Below, piece by piece: positions 1 to 12,260 of a stretch of DNA of 64,000 nt. The notes under the pieces were generated by a model. The model was not told the DNA's origin. It did not search any database and worked only from the letters and a program-made list of their open reading frames with translations. Source of the stretch: Podarcis liolepis (Eukaryota); assembly GCA_965112155.1 (NCBI GenBank), contig OZ218103.1. One strand, written 5' to 3'. A program made the position numbers and the translations under genes. Position 1 is the first letter of the stretch. Every line of letters begins with the position of its first letter.

Positions 1-123
1 ACTGGTAATCATCAGTTTAGGAGTTTCAATGGAGCGTAGGTGTACCTTGGCTTCCTCACACCATCATGCCATCTACTAGGAGCCTAGTGGCTCAAAGGAA
101 CTCGTAGGAAATAGTTCCTGTTA

Positions 124-381
<258 letters not shown>

Positions 382-3300
382 TCATTTGTTTTGAGGAAGC
401 TTTTTCCCATTACTGGTCAATTCACTTGGCCAACATATTTAGAAAGGTGGTCCAGTTAAGTGTTCCATCAATAATCATGTCCTTGAATGGTTCCCTCTAC
501 ATCAGCAGGGATCACAGACACCTCGTTTTGCTTGCTCCATTCAACATCGGTGTGAACATGCCATTCTCTTCTTTTGACTAATACTTCCTACATGCAGTAA
601 TGTGACAGCACTGGGCTGTTCCCTTTAGCTCTTGCTGTGCTGTGCCGCCTTCATAGAGCACTCCTGGAAGAGAAAAGCTGCCAGTTTCCCTAATTCCCTA
701 GTAACACTGAATACTCCTGAGAGCCATGAATCTGGTTGGAGTATCACATTTCCAAGCTTCTAAAGAGCTGCCTTTTCCTATTGGATATCAAGATCAGGAT
801 GTGTGGTGGTTTTTTGATACTCTGGTACATCCACTGTGCAGTAACATAGGAGTGCCAGTGACCTTGATGTAAAGGAATCAGATGTGGGTGAGCAGAGGCA
901 GAAAAAGCTGCTGAAAAATGGAACCTCACATTATGAAACCCCCCTCCATTTCATTCACTGCATTTTCACTCAGTTCTCATCCTTTTCATCCACCATGGTA
1001 TTAAATGGACTGGCCTCTCTCCCTATCCCAGGCATCAGGATCCTCCTGCCCCATGTGAAGCTGCTAGATCACTTCTACCATCTTTCCTTTTGGCACTCTA
1101 TCATATTAGTCACCTCCTCTCAACATCCTTTGCTTCTACGGTTTTCCCTCACCTCATCACTTGCTCATGTTTCTAATCTCTTCCCTCTCTACACTACTTC
1201 CTCTCATCCATACATCACTCCCACCATGCCTTTTTCAACCCACCCACTCACCTGCCCATCCATCTCTCCAGATGTGCAACATTGCTTTAATTGCATGCTC
1301 CTGGGGTGTGTGTTTATTTCTCAGTGTGCGGAGAAGGGTGAAATATTCGCTGTGGCACAGGGAGAGAGTTTGAGTGCTGCAGAAGCAATGGGATCTGACA
1401 CCATCTCCCTTTGTGTCACCTTCCCTTTCTGAGTGCTCCCCTCAAACTTTGCCTCAGTTCCTCCTGACCTGATGGGCCCCTATGCAGAATCTAGGACACA
1501 CCCAGAGAGGGCATTTCTCTCCTCTCCCACCAGGTCTTGAAACCATCCCCAAAACTAGAAAAAGAGAGAGGGGGCCAGTGAGGCAGGAGTTAAAGGAAGC
1601 AGCCAGAGTGGAGTTTGCTGGAAGTTTGAGAGACCCTGACGCAAGGACGCTCTGGCACTGTCGTGGCTCTCATTAGAGCTGACAGATCCACTCTCGTGAT
1701 GTAGACACTCTTGCTGCCGACACAGCAGGAGCTCTGTAGTGAAAACTTTATAATTGGGAACTCTGGTGGCAGCTTCTTCTTTTCACGCATGGAGCTTTCT
1801 GCTCTCTTCAAGGATTCTCTCCCCCACATTCCCTTCTTTAAGCACTAGTAATTGCTTTCAACCTTTTGCTTTAGAGAGAGCTTGGGAACAGGGTAGAATC
1901 ACACGGTTTGACTCAGGCTGTGTAACAATCTTAACTCTGCTCTTTGAGTGTTGCACTCCTTCCTTTTCTCTCCTCTTTTTGCATGTCTGCCGCATTCTCT
2001 TCGAGGCACCCCATCTGCAACTACTGACTTAGTTTAGCTTCCAACAGAGACTACTTGCGCTTTGTGTTCTAGCTGCCTCGCTCCCTGGCACTCTTTCCTC
2101 TGCCACTAATCCTGCTGCTGTGGAGATTCATGTTCCAGAGAATGCTGCTCCTTTCATCCCTGCACTGCTTCGCATATATACAATCTAGCAACATGGATAA
2201 AAAGAACCCCCTGCCCATTCCCTTCAGAGTCCATCAAGCAAGCATCAGTGCTGGCTGTTTCCGAAAACGAGCTGGAAGTAAGGAATGGGAAACCAAATGC
2301 CATTCCCAATTTATATTCCATCCTATGCAATAATCATTTATCACAGATTACATGCTGCTTTACCTGTTCCTGCACCCTATGCAGACATTTATAGGTATCG
2401 CCTATATGCAAAATCCATACTCTTCTAATTTAACAATGTTGCCTCCTCCTCGTGTTTACAATTTCTCTCAGCTCCAAACTAAATGTTACAGCAGGAATTT
2501 GGCTTCCACTCGGATCAGCAGCAGTGCATCACTTCCTCTCACCCCTGGTAGCATCCATTAATATAAAGCACGTGGTGTGATGCCACCATGCCTCACGTTT
2601 CCCAGCTCCTCCTCTTCATTAGTTGTAATGGGGGGGGGGGTTTGAGGAAACTCAAAGCACAGTGACATCACATCAGATTTTGTATTACTGGATGTTCCCC
2701 AGCAGCAGCAGGTGATGCACGGCTTCTGCTTTTAGAAGCAGCCACATAGCTCCTCTAAGTCCAGTCCTGGTCTCATAAAGTCAAGAACTCCTTTGGTGAC
2801 ATTCCTGCAAGTTGTTCAGCTCTGTAATCACAGAATAAAGTCCTAGGTTATGGAAGAAAGGCTGTTTACACCCTTGTGCATCCAATTTTTACAATTCTTG
2901 CAAATTTCAGTAGGAACTGCTGGAGCCGTTTATGATTGACTCATATGTCTGAGGCCCTCTCCACCACTGGGTTGAAATAGATGCCTATCAGCATAACAGA
3001 AGACAGGAGTAATTAATACTATGGTATTTCATGACCTGCCTCTGATCCTAAGGTTGCAATGTCTAAGGCAACTTGAAGCTTGGGAGTGGAGCAGAGCCTG
3101 CATTCTTTCCTGGGCTTTTCATAGCAGCAGGGGACACTTGGGAGCCCCACAAGGGATTTTGCCAGGTAGATCTGACAGCCTATATGTCAATCATGCAATG
3201 GTCATAATGACATCATGTGCTTAACAGATGGGCAACCCTGCTTACCTGTCAAGTTTGGCCCATGAGGCCGATCCTGATAAAGGACCTGGATCCTTAGAGC

Positions 3301-3469
3301 CAAAAAGATGAAGGAAGCCTTAAACCAATGTAAAAAAGAAACTCCAAAATCCATCCCTTAGGCACACAAGATCCCAAATTAAACAGCTTACTGACTTTGC
3401 TGTGTTCAAGGATTTTGGCTTGAATACAGATGGGACTGAATAAGGTTCACTGCATACATTTACACTCAC

Positions 3470-3557
3470 CTGTATTTCCAGCTGCTGTACCACTTGCATT
3501 TGAACTCGACACTGAGCTGTGCTCCGGTCATCAAGTGCATGTTCTGTATTGAGGTGT
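3470..3557 (-). CDS. FOXP4: FOXP4 coding exon, zinc-finger end and leucine-zipper start ([29 protein letters not shown])
   Basis: Inside ORF 3320..3778(-). Acceptor gtttttAG, donor CAG|GTGAGT, 88 nt, phase 2/0. Confidence 0.97.
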
Positions 3558-3565
3558 CTAAAAAC

Positions 3566-3758
3566 NNNNNNNNNNNNNNNNNNNNNNNNNNNNNNNNNNN
3601 NNNNNNNNNNNNNNNNNNNNNNNNNNNNNNNNNNNNNNNNNNNNNNNNNNNNNNNNNNNNNNNNNNNNNNNNNNNNNNNNNNNNNNNNNNNNNNNNNNNN
3701 NNNNNNNNNNNNNNNNNNNNNNNNNNNNNNNNNNNNNNNNNNNNNNNNNNNNNNNNNN
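3566..3758. other. Assembly gap (193 N)
   Basis: Run of n characters. Confidence 1.
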
Positions 3759-3884
3759 AACCAGAACTCCCTTGACAATGTTTACCCCTTTATTAAGATT
3801 CTTTAATACACTGGCTGTGCTATGCAACATGTCTACTATCTTATCTATCTCATTTTTATCCTGTTCATCAACAGGTTATTCAAT

Positions 3885-4227
3885 TTTATCATCACAATAA
3901 TGCTGTGAGGGAGGCTAGCCTGAGAAAGTGACTTGCCCATAGACCATGACCTAGGGTGAAATGTACCTAACCAGGCCCATCAGTTCAAGGACTTCCTCCT
4001 CTCCCCCCTGAAAATGGCTCAGGGCAGAAGGAGATCCCCCAGAACAGCACATGGGGGGAGGAGATGGGGAATCGTTCCAACTGGCAAGCTGAAATGTTTT
4101 CAAAGACGGAACAACTGGAAGAGTGCAAGGCTGTATTCCCCCCTAGTCAGCATCACTGCTGAGTGGGGATTTGAGCCAAAGGTTTTCTGATTTAAGTCTA
4201 CCACCTTGTCTGCTGTACCACACTGGT
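3885..4227 (-). mobile_element. Degraded tRNA/CORE-type SINE interrupted by an insertion at about 3951-4146
   Basis: tgtgagggaggctagcctgagaaagtgacttgccca and gagtggggatttgagcc...ctgtaccacactgg resemble the reverse complement of the SINEs at 36683 and 39448. Confidence 0.55.
3951..4146. mobile_element. Dispersed non-autonomous DNA-transposon-like repeat, copy 1
   Basis: CTAGGG...CCCTAG inverted ends. The internal segment (ggagatcccccagaacagcacatggggggaggagatggggaat...gctgaaatg) matches the reverse complement of about 59560-59645. Confidence 0.55.
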
Positions 4228-4237
4228 GCTACATATA

Positions 4238-4317
4238 CAGGGTGAGTCCTTTAAATGAGGCCCCGTGGATACAGAGTACACATGTTCCACGGGGCCTCTT
4301 TTAAAAGACTCACCCTG
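4238..4317. mobile_element. 80-bp palindromic Tc1/mariner-type MITE
   Basis: 32-bp TIRs (CAGGGTGAGTCYTTTAAAWGAGGCCCCGTGGA, 30/32 match), 16-bp spacer, TA on both flanks. Confidence 0.88.
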
Positions 4318-5519
4318 TATATAGATACACAGCAAGTTACACAACCTACAGCAGTCATCTCCAACTTGATTCCCTACAGATGTTTTGGACTACTAGTCCC
4401 ATCCGCCCCAACCAGCATGGATAATGGTCAGAGATAAGTCACGGTCCAAAAGATCTACAAGATATAGATGACATCTAGTTAGGGAAGGCTGCCCTAGAGT
4501 CTGAAGAGACAAGTAAACCAAAGAGTCAGGTGGAGATCCTGAACCACAGAAAGGCAAAGTGACACGCTTACAAATCAGTTGGAAAAAGAGCTCAATACTC
4601 GTAAGTCTACCAATTTTCCAGAGATTTTTCTTCATTCAGGAGAGATGGATTATAAGGACAGAAAATGCATTTTCCTTTATGAATTCCAAGAGCCTCTTCA
4701 CTGTAGGTTCACAACTTTGCCTCAACAAGCCACCCTCCATCTGCTGCCAAGTTCCGGTCCCTAACTGAAGCAGCATAGCCTTTTGCCATACAAAATTTAA
4801 CAAAACTGAAACAGGCCTGGACTTTATATTCCATTTCAAAGCTTGTACCGTTAACAGGCGAATGAATGTAAGCTTTCTTAATGTCAGCCAACGAACTAAA
4901 GGTAGTGCAGGGAATTAAATTCATTTTACTCTTAGAGCCTTAGTTTCGCTATTGAACAACATTCCATGCAATGTTTCCTTACTATTTTAAGCTGTGTCAA
5001 GACTTCCCAGTTAGGGGAAGCAGGATATGGCTGTCTAATGTTAGGAGGCTCCTTTCGGACCAGTCAGTTACATATGGTAGCACAGGTGGAATCAATTCTC
5101 CCTTTTGGCCTCCTCCTGGCCACATGAAAAAGGCTAAGTTAGGCTTTGAAGGAGTATGCGCGTTCCCTGCCCATCTGCCTTAAGTCTGTTGCAGTTGGCA
5201 CCTGTTGGCTCGTTAACAGTGATCCTTCGGTAGCTGAAGGCCAGGGTGGGGGTGGGGTGGCAAGTTTTTCTAAAATGTTCATTTCACAGAACACATACAC
5301 ACACAGATCAGGCATACAGGCTGTGCTTCTGACCGTCTCCAGTCCTCCCAAACGTCATTTTCAACCTTCACAACATTCTGTTCGGAGGCAGTGGGGTGGG
5401 AGGTGGAGGGGGGCCGAGAATGAGGAGCGGCATGTGCGTATGTGGACGGGGTGGGAAGCATGTGTAGCAAGAAAGGCATTGGGGGGAGGGGGGAACCCGA
5501 ACAAGCAAGAAAAGAAAAC

Positions 5520-5725
5520 CCGTCAGTTTCATCTGATGTCTTTGCTAAAAATCTTGGCTACAAAGAGATCTAATTGCAAATGAACTAATTAAGTAAACCT
5601 CTGACGAAGCGTGAAAACAATTTGTTTGACCCTGACGCTAGCAGAGGGCTCTTAGACAGCGGAGTTAATCAGTCAGTGACAGAGCCCACAAGCGGTGTCA
5701 GCAGGCTGCCGCGCTGCCATCTGTT
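5520..5725. promoter_or_regulatory. Candidate conserved non-coding element
   Basis: CpG retention; TAATTG, TAATTA, GTAAAC, TGTTTGAC and TGACAG motifs; flanked by G-rich and C-rich tracts. Confidence 0.5.
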
Positions 5726-6311
5726 TCTCTCTAGTTCTCCCCACCCGCCCCCCTTTTCTTCTTCCTAACATGGGCGAGCTATAAACTTTAGTGGTCTGTC
5801 TCCTCTCTCCTCCAAAAGCCTTGTCATTATGGTAGGTCCCAGTCAGCCTCTTTCTCTCTAGCAGAGTCTCTCCCACTCTTTCTATATACCCCACAGTGCC
5901 TGGCAGCCTTTAAAAACTTCCCGGTTCTTACCGAAGGTCTATGACAGTGATATAGCTCTGTTTCGGAGAAGAAGCCTAGAGGGGTCTAGCTCCATTTCAC
6001 AGAAGGAAAAACTGGTGCAGCAGTACTGTACTCAATTTTTCTAAAAGTAGTGATGCTAGAATGGCTCTAGGGGGCTGGCATGGTGGTGCTTCTAGACTAT
6101 CAAAAGCTACCAGGTACCTGTTCTACAGACATAAATTATATTTTCTGAAGTATCAAAGCTCACTAATAACTGATTTGGAGGGAAAATATCTCTAGAATCT
6201 GAGGAAACCATCCCCAGGGCCAAAAAGCAACAGACTGATCTTTGGGCTTCACTGCACATCATAAACAGTTAAAGTACTTGCAGCAGGACTTTTCCTTTTT
6301 GAGGTCTATGG

Positions 6312-6447
6312 CAGGCTTCCTCAACCTCGGCCCTCCAGATGTTTTTGGCCTACAACTCCTATGACCCCTAGCTAGCAGGACCAGTGGTCAGGGATGATGG
6401 CAATTGTTGTCTCAAAACATCTGTAGGGCCAAGGTTGAGGAAGCCTG
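6312..6447. mobile_element. hAT MITE (136 bp)
   Basis: Perfect 16-bp TIR CAGGCTTCCTCAACCT and perfect 8-bp TSD GTCTATGG (6304-6311, 6448-6455). Confidence 0.92.
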
Positions 6448-6541
6448 GTCTATGGTGTGAGAAAACACAGGAAGAATTATTAAGTACAGGTTGGGACAAA
6501 GAACACAGCAGCATGAATATACCTTGCACATAAGTCACCTA

Positions 6542-6682
<141 letters not shown>

Positions 6683-7004
6683 TTACTATGGAATAGCAGC
6701 TCTAGCTCTGTATAGTTCATTTGCTTTGTTGGCTGAAGGAACAACCACATAGGGCATTTTAAAGGGATGGGACATGCTCATTCAGCCCATCTAGTCTTTA
6801 CAGAATGTATACTCCCTTCATTGAGCAGATGTTGTCTCCACCCAGTCAACTACGAATCTAGCCTGGGCTGCCAGAACCATAGTTGCAGATGCAGACCAGC
6901 AGAATTCATCCTCAGTTCATATTTTAGATTGTCAGGTGTGGCACAAAATACTTTTAAACTATCTTCTTGGTATGCTAGATGCAACTCTTCTTGAAAAAAA
7001 TGTG

Positions 7005-7520
7005 CACTGGCTACAGTTATCCATACCCTGGTTTCATCAAGGTTAGATTACTATAAAGTGCTATGTGTGGGACTACCTAGGAAGAATGCACAGAAACTGC
7101 AGTTGGTTTCAAACACAGATGCAGAGGAACATGTATCACCAGTACCAAAAGAGCTTCATGGTCTCCAAATTTATTTCCAAACATAATTCAAGTGCTGGTT
7201 CTGAGCTATAAGGCTTTAAAAGGTCTGGAACCACAATATATGAAAGGGCTGCCTGCTCCCCTGTGAACCTGCCAAATTAGTAAAAGCTTCATAGGATGTC
7301 AGGTTATAGGTTCCTTCATCTTCCAAGTCAACTTGGGTAGTTACCAGAGCTGTCTTGGTGTTGGCGCCTCATTTGTGGAACTCTCTCCCTGTAACCTTTC
7401 TTCTGATACCTACTCTGCTAGTAAATAATCCTGTTTCCTCTGACTTTTAGTGGAGTTTAATGAGATTGTTTGTTTGATGGGTTTGCTTTATTAGATTTTA
7501 ATATAGATTGCTTGTCTGCT
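7005..7520 (+). mobile_element. Degraded L2-clade LINE ORF2 C-terminus and 3' UTR
   Basis: Translates ATVIHTLVSSRLDY..LCVGLP...QKLQLV, followed by F(K)VLVLSYKALKGLEPQY-like motifs typical of L2 ORF2. Frameshifted. Confidence 0.8.
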
Positions 7521-8315
7521 TCTGCTAAATGCAGAGCTTCCTTATCTCTGCAGTGCATCCATGCTATGTTTCTTGCTTATTCTTGATAGCCCACAAGGCT
7601 GGCAGACCTATGGACGGTGTACTTAGCACAGCTGCCTTCATCTGATTAGCATGGGACTGTCCCAAGGGTAAGAGTCTCCGCCTATATGCAGGATCTTGTT
7701 AGATCCTTAGCTGTCTGCTAGGGTGTCAAAGCATCAGAGTGGAAAGCTCTTTACTGGATACTCCCAAACAGTACAGCATCTAAGCCATTTCCCTGACATG
7801 AATGGCTATTATGAACTCTTATTTGGCCCTTGGGGTAAACTGAAAAACTAAAGGCTGTGACTGCACCAGTGCCATTAAAAAAACAACAACTGAGTCAGCA
7901 TAGTCTCCACAACAGCAATGGGGCCATTATACACAAATGTTTGGGAAGATAGTCATGTAGCCATTCTCCAATGGCTAGCAAGACTCACATATAATTCGTT
8001 CATTGAGCCTAAATTGTAATTCATTGGGTCTGAATTGAAGTGGCCAATTTCCACATGGCCAATCTCTCCTATTGTGACTTAATAAGTTCCATTTGTCACT
8101 GAAGGCAGGTACAATCACAAATTTGACTCCATATCTGGTAAGCCAACACTGTGCCAAATAGTAGTGCAAAAAGTAGAAGTTCAAGGTCTGAATGCGATAG
8201 AAAATACTAGTCTCTCCCAATCATGTGTAGAATTTTACCCCGTCCTTTGAGATAAATTCTATATCCTTTACAAATTATCCATTCCATATTTTAAAGGACC
8301 ACATAGAGTTTCTAC

Positions 8316-8520
8316 CTGTCCCTCCTTTGTGTGAGCATGGCGTTCTGTCCATTGGGAAGAGGGTGGTGGGAAATTGGAGGAGAGACCTTGGCGGCCGAAA
8401 ACGAGGTAGAATTGGAGGTGTTGGTGCTGAGGTCAAGTCCCTCTTGCTTGATACTGTCTTCTACAGGCTGTGTAGCAGTAACCTCTTTCCATAGCTGCTG
8501 AAGGTCTGAGGGACACACAG
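8316..8520 (-). CDS. FOXP4: FOXP4 coding exon ([15 protein letters not shown]...GLDLST...[22 protein letters not shown])
   Basis: Inside ORF 8312..8530(-). Long pyrimidine tract then gtgaAG acceptor, donor CAG|GTAGAA, 205 nt, phase 1/2, consistent with both neighbours. Confidence 0.94.
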
Positions 8521-9789
8521 CTTCACACATGTTGGAGAGAGCAGGAAGGAGCAGCAGAAAGAGGAAAAGATTTTTTAAAGAAAGATTTAAGAATCACAAA
8601 TCTGCAGAACCCATGCTAAGATGAGCCAAAAAAAAAAAATCCATGAAAGGTGTGGCTTCTGTGTTTAGTTTGTTGACAAAAGAGCTAATTGAGTCTCCCG
8701 GCTACTGAGAGCTCTCCTCAATGACTATTTATGTAACACTATTAATTGTGGCATCTGGAAATCAAACAGAACTTAGTGACTTTTAGAGCAGGCATGGAAT
8801 TACTTCAGTCTTACATGGTCTAGAATCTCCACGGCCATTACAAGTTTTAAATTGATTATTTAAAATTACAATTTTATTGAAGAGTTTCTTAACAATTAAA
8901 GACATAACTAATCTGTATTAGAGATCCCAAGAACAAACCCTTGCTTAATAATATAAAAATTACTTTTGCTCAAGACAGTCAGGCACACTAGTCCACCATC
9001 TCAGCAGTATGTGGCCCACTAGAAATTGGATAGCAGTCCTCCAACGCACTGCCAACAACTGACTGCTTTTACCCATCCCTGATGCAGAGGCTGGATATTT
9101 ATACCACTTATACGGAGAAGAAAAACTAAGCCAGAGGGTGGTTTTGTTTTGGCATGTCTGGTATATACCACAAGTGGTTCTGGCAATATATGGATTTCAT
9201 GCCATGGAATGCATTCATTCTTATCTTGATTTGGCTAGCTAGATGATCACACTGTCTTTTAGATAGGTAAAAATACTGACGTTTAATGCTTTTCGGGATG
9301 TAACTCTTAAAAAGTAGCTGCCCGATTACATATTTGCATTCAGTTACTCACAGGAACATAGAAAATTGCCTTTTATCAGCCTGGTTCACACAACACCAAA
9401 TCAAGGCTAAGTGTGAACAAGCAAGTGTATTGGTAGAGAGAGCAAAAATCACAGCCATTTTCCTCCTCTCCCAGTCCTGCTATTGCACCACTACCCAGAG
9501 CTATGCCATAGTTTGGCTAAGTGTTAAGTGTGAACCCAGGCCCACAATTTGTCTCATTCCAAACAAGCTGTATCAAGGGCTTGTTCTTAGCTTAATGTTC
9601 GTAGTTTGTTTGGAGTGAGACAAACCATAGTCTTGAGTTTGTACTTAAAACTAAGCCAAACCATGGCTTAGCTCAGGGTAGAATGGCAGTAGCAGAACCT
9701 GGTGAAGAGTGAAGCAGTTGTGATTTTCAATCTGTGTACCTGAATGCTTGCTTGTTTACTAACCAGCAGTAGCTCTTCACGATTTCAGA

Positions 9790-9889
9790 CAAGACCCCTC
9801 CCAGCTCTACCCGGAAATACCAGAGACTGAACCTGGAACCTTCTTCATGCAAAAGCATGTGTCTTACTAGTGAGTCAATACCCTTCCCC
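9790..9889 (-). mobile_element. tRNA-derived SINE 5' fragment
   Basis: The minus strand reads ggggaaggg...actcactagtaagacacatgcttttgcatgaagaaggttccaggttcagtctctgg, a decayed tRNA-like A/B-box layout. Confidence 0.5.
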
Positions 9890-10629
9890 AAAGGATGGGC
9901 ATAGACTCAGTTCTGACCAGCAAAGTCAAACAAATCCAGGATGCCAGACTGAAATTTCAAGTGAGTGTGCGTCCAAACTTCTGGTTTCCATTCCAAACAA
10001 ATAAAGAGACCCTTAGACATTTGAATATGAAACTGAATAGGCTTGATTGGGGTGGGGGGGTGGGGAGTGCAGGAGGGATGGGGATGAAAGCAGTACTCGG
10101 CTAACTCCTGCTGCCATGACCAAGGTAAGCGGGGGTGGGGGCACTTACTGGCAAAACCTGAGCGTTTCTTTCAGCTTGCCCACCACCACATGGCTTGCCA
10201 CTGCCTGTTCCTACCAATTCACTATGTTCAAAGACCCCATTTAGCATGAACTAGGCTGAGTATATCAGTCTAGACTCCGCTGCTTTCTTCAAGGACTGCC
10301 TCTCTGGAAGAGAGGGGCATAAGGTGTCTGCATAAAGTGAAGCTACTTTGCTTATGCATCCCCTTCTTGCAGACAGAAAGTAGCAACATCACAGTGAAGC
10401 TTCCACCGGCAGGCAATCCCTGTGTTATGCACGAAAGGCAAAAATGAAATATTAGGCCCCAGCTTTCTCCCGTTAACAGCAACACAGCTCAGGCACATTA
10501 CATTTTGGTCCAATAATGCATTATTGATGTCTGTTCTATAACAAAACCCAAAGCATGCCAAATGTTAGGCCCCACGTGCATTCAAACAGCCAGCTCTTAA
10601 AATTAACAGAAAACCAACAGGCTGTGCTA

Positions 10630-10869
<240 letters not shown>

Positions 10870-12260
10870 TCAAAACACATTATTTTCAACCCTGTAGCAC
10901 AGGCCTTCCGGGATTCTCTGGGGTCTTGCATAAGCAGCCCAATCCCAGCATCAGCCTTGCTTTCAGCCAGCACAGCTCACAGTCCTGATCTCTTGTCCTC
11001 AGTGGCCACACAGCATATAACCAAGACAGAAAGCCTTTGATCTATCATAGCAGCAGAACGAAGGGGGTGGGTGGCGGAAGAGAAGAGAGCGAGCCTGCTT
11101 GGCAGAGCAGTGAAAATGCTGAGTCTCTCTGCCAGATGAGCATTTCCACAAAGTCTGTGCGTTTGAATTGTGCATAAAGAAGCAGAATCTCTGTTTCTCA
11201 GTTGTATCTGCCTACCCGAAGCATACATCAGCATCAATGGATTGAGCTCCTATGAGCAACACAAAAGGCTTGCAGGCTAGAGCATCATAACCTGGGAAAC
11301 TCTTAAAGACAATGGTTTAACTTTATGGAGAAACACACAACCATCTGGGCCATATCTACCCCTGAAACTTTAATGCCCAGGATCTGGGGCTCCTGCTGGT
11401 CTCAAGGAATAAAGGTGTTATTTTTTAAAAGATATATTAATTAAATTGGCAGAGGGAAATATACTCTAATATAAACTTTTTTCCACCTCTCATACAGAAT
11501 GACACATAGAAATCTTGTTGTTTATGCATGGCTTTTTAGAGAAAATGGAATGCAACACAAATATGGGCCATAATTTAGAAAAAGTTTTGCAAAACGTGTC
11601 ACAAATGCTCATAATTATCTTCCTATTACAGGCAGGAAATGGGTTAATCCAATGTAAAAAAAAATTAATGTTAAGATGGAGAATCAATCTCAGTGTCAGA
11701 AATTAACAGCACTAAATTATCTTAAAATTCAAGAACTCTAGCTGACTGTGGGCCTTAACCACAACCCATTGACATCCATGTACACTGACTCCAACAAGAC
11801 GAGGCCCATTAATTTCAGTGAGAATAATGGCCTGCCCATGATTTCATGGGGAGTTTGTGGCAAAGCCAAGAACAAGATTCTTCTCAAATATTTTTAATCG
11901 AGGTGATTTAAAAGGAAGGCCCAAGAGGCAAAATGAAAGGATTAAATTCAAATGCAAACAGTTTGAATATTATTATTAAAATAATTTATGTAATGATTTT
12001 CCTAAAACATTTATTAAAGATTTGTTTGGAAGTAGTAGTTGTTGTTAATTAAATTTGTATATTGCCCTATACCCGCAGGTCTCAAGGCGGATCACAACAT
12101 AAAATCACAATCTAAAAACACACAGGTAAAATGAGGTGGCCCCTCTATGGGCAGAAAAAGGAGCACAACTGCAGCCATTGATTTATTTTATAAACAGAAC
12201 TGTAACAAATGACAATATGTATGAGAGAATAATGTGTGGCCCCTTTCTCACCATAACCCT

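Noticed and set aside
884-1432. Longest ORF in the track (182 aa, + strand)
   Set aside because: Antisense to FOXP4 and S/L/H/P-biased because of a C/T-rich tract. No recognisable domain or splice context.
3494-3830. ORFs filled with X
   Set aside because: Artefacts of translating through the N gap.
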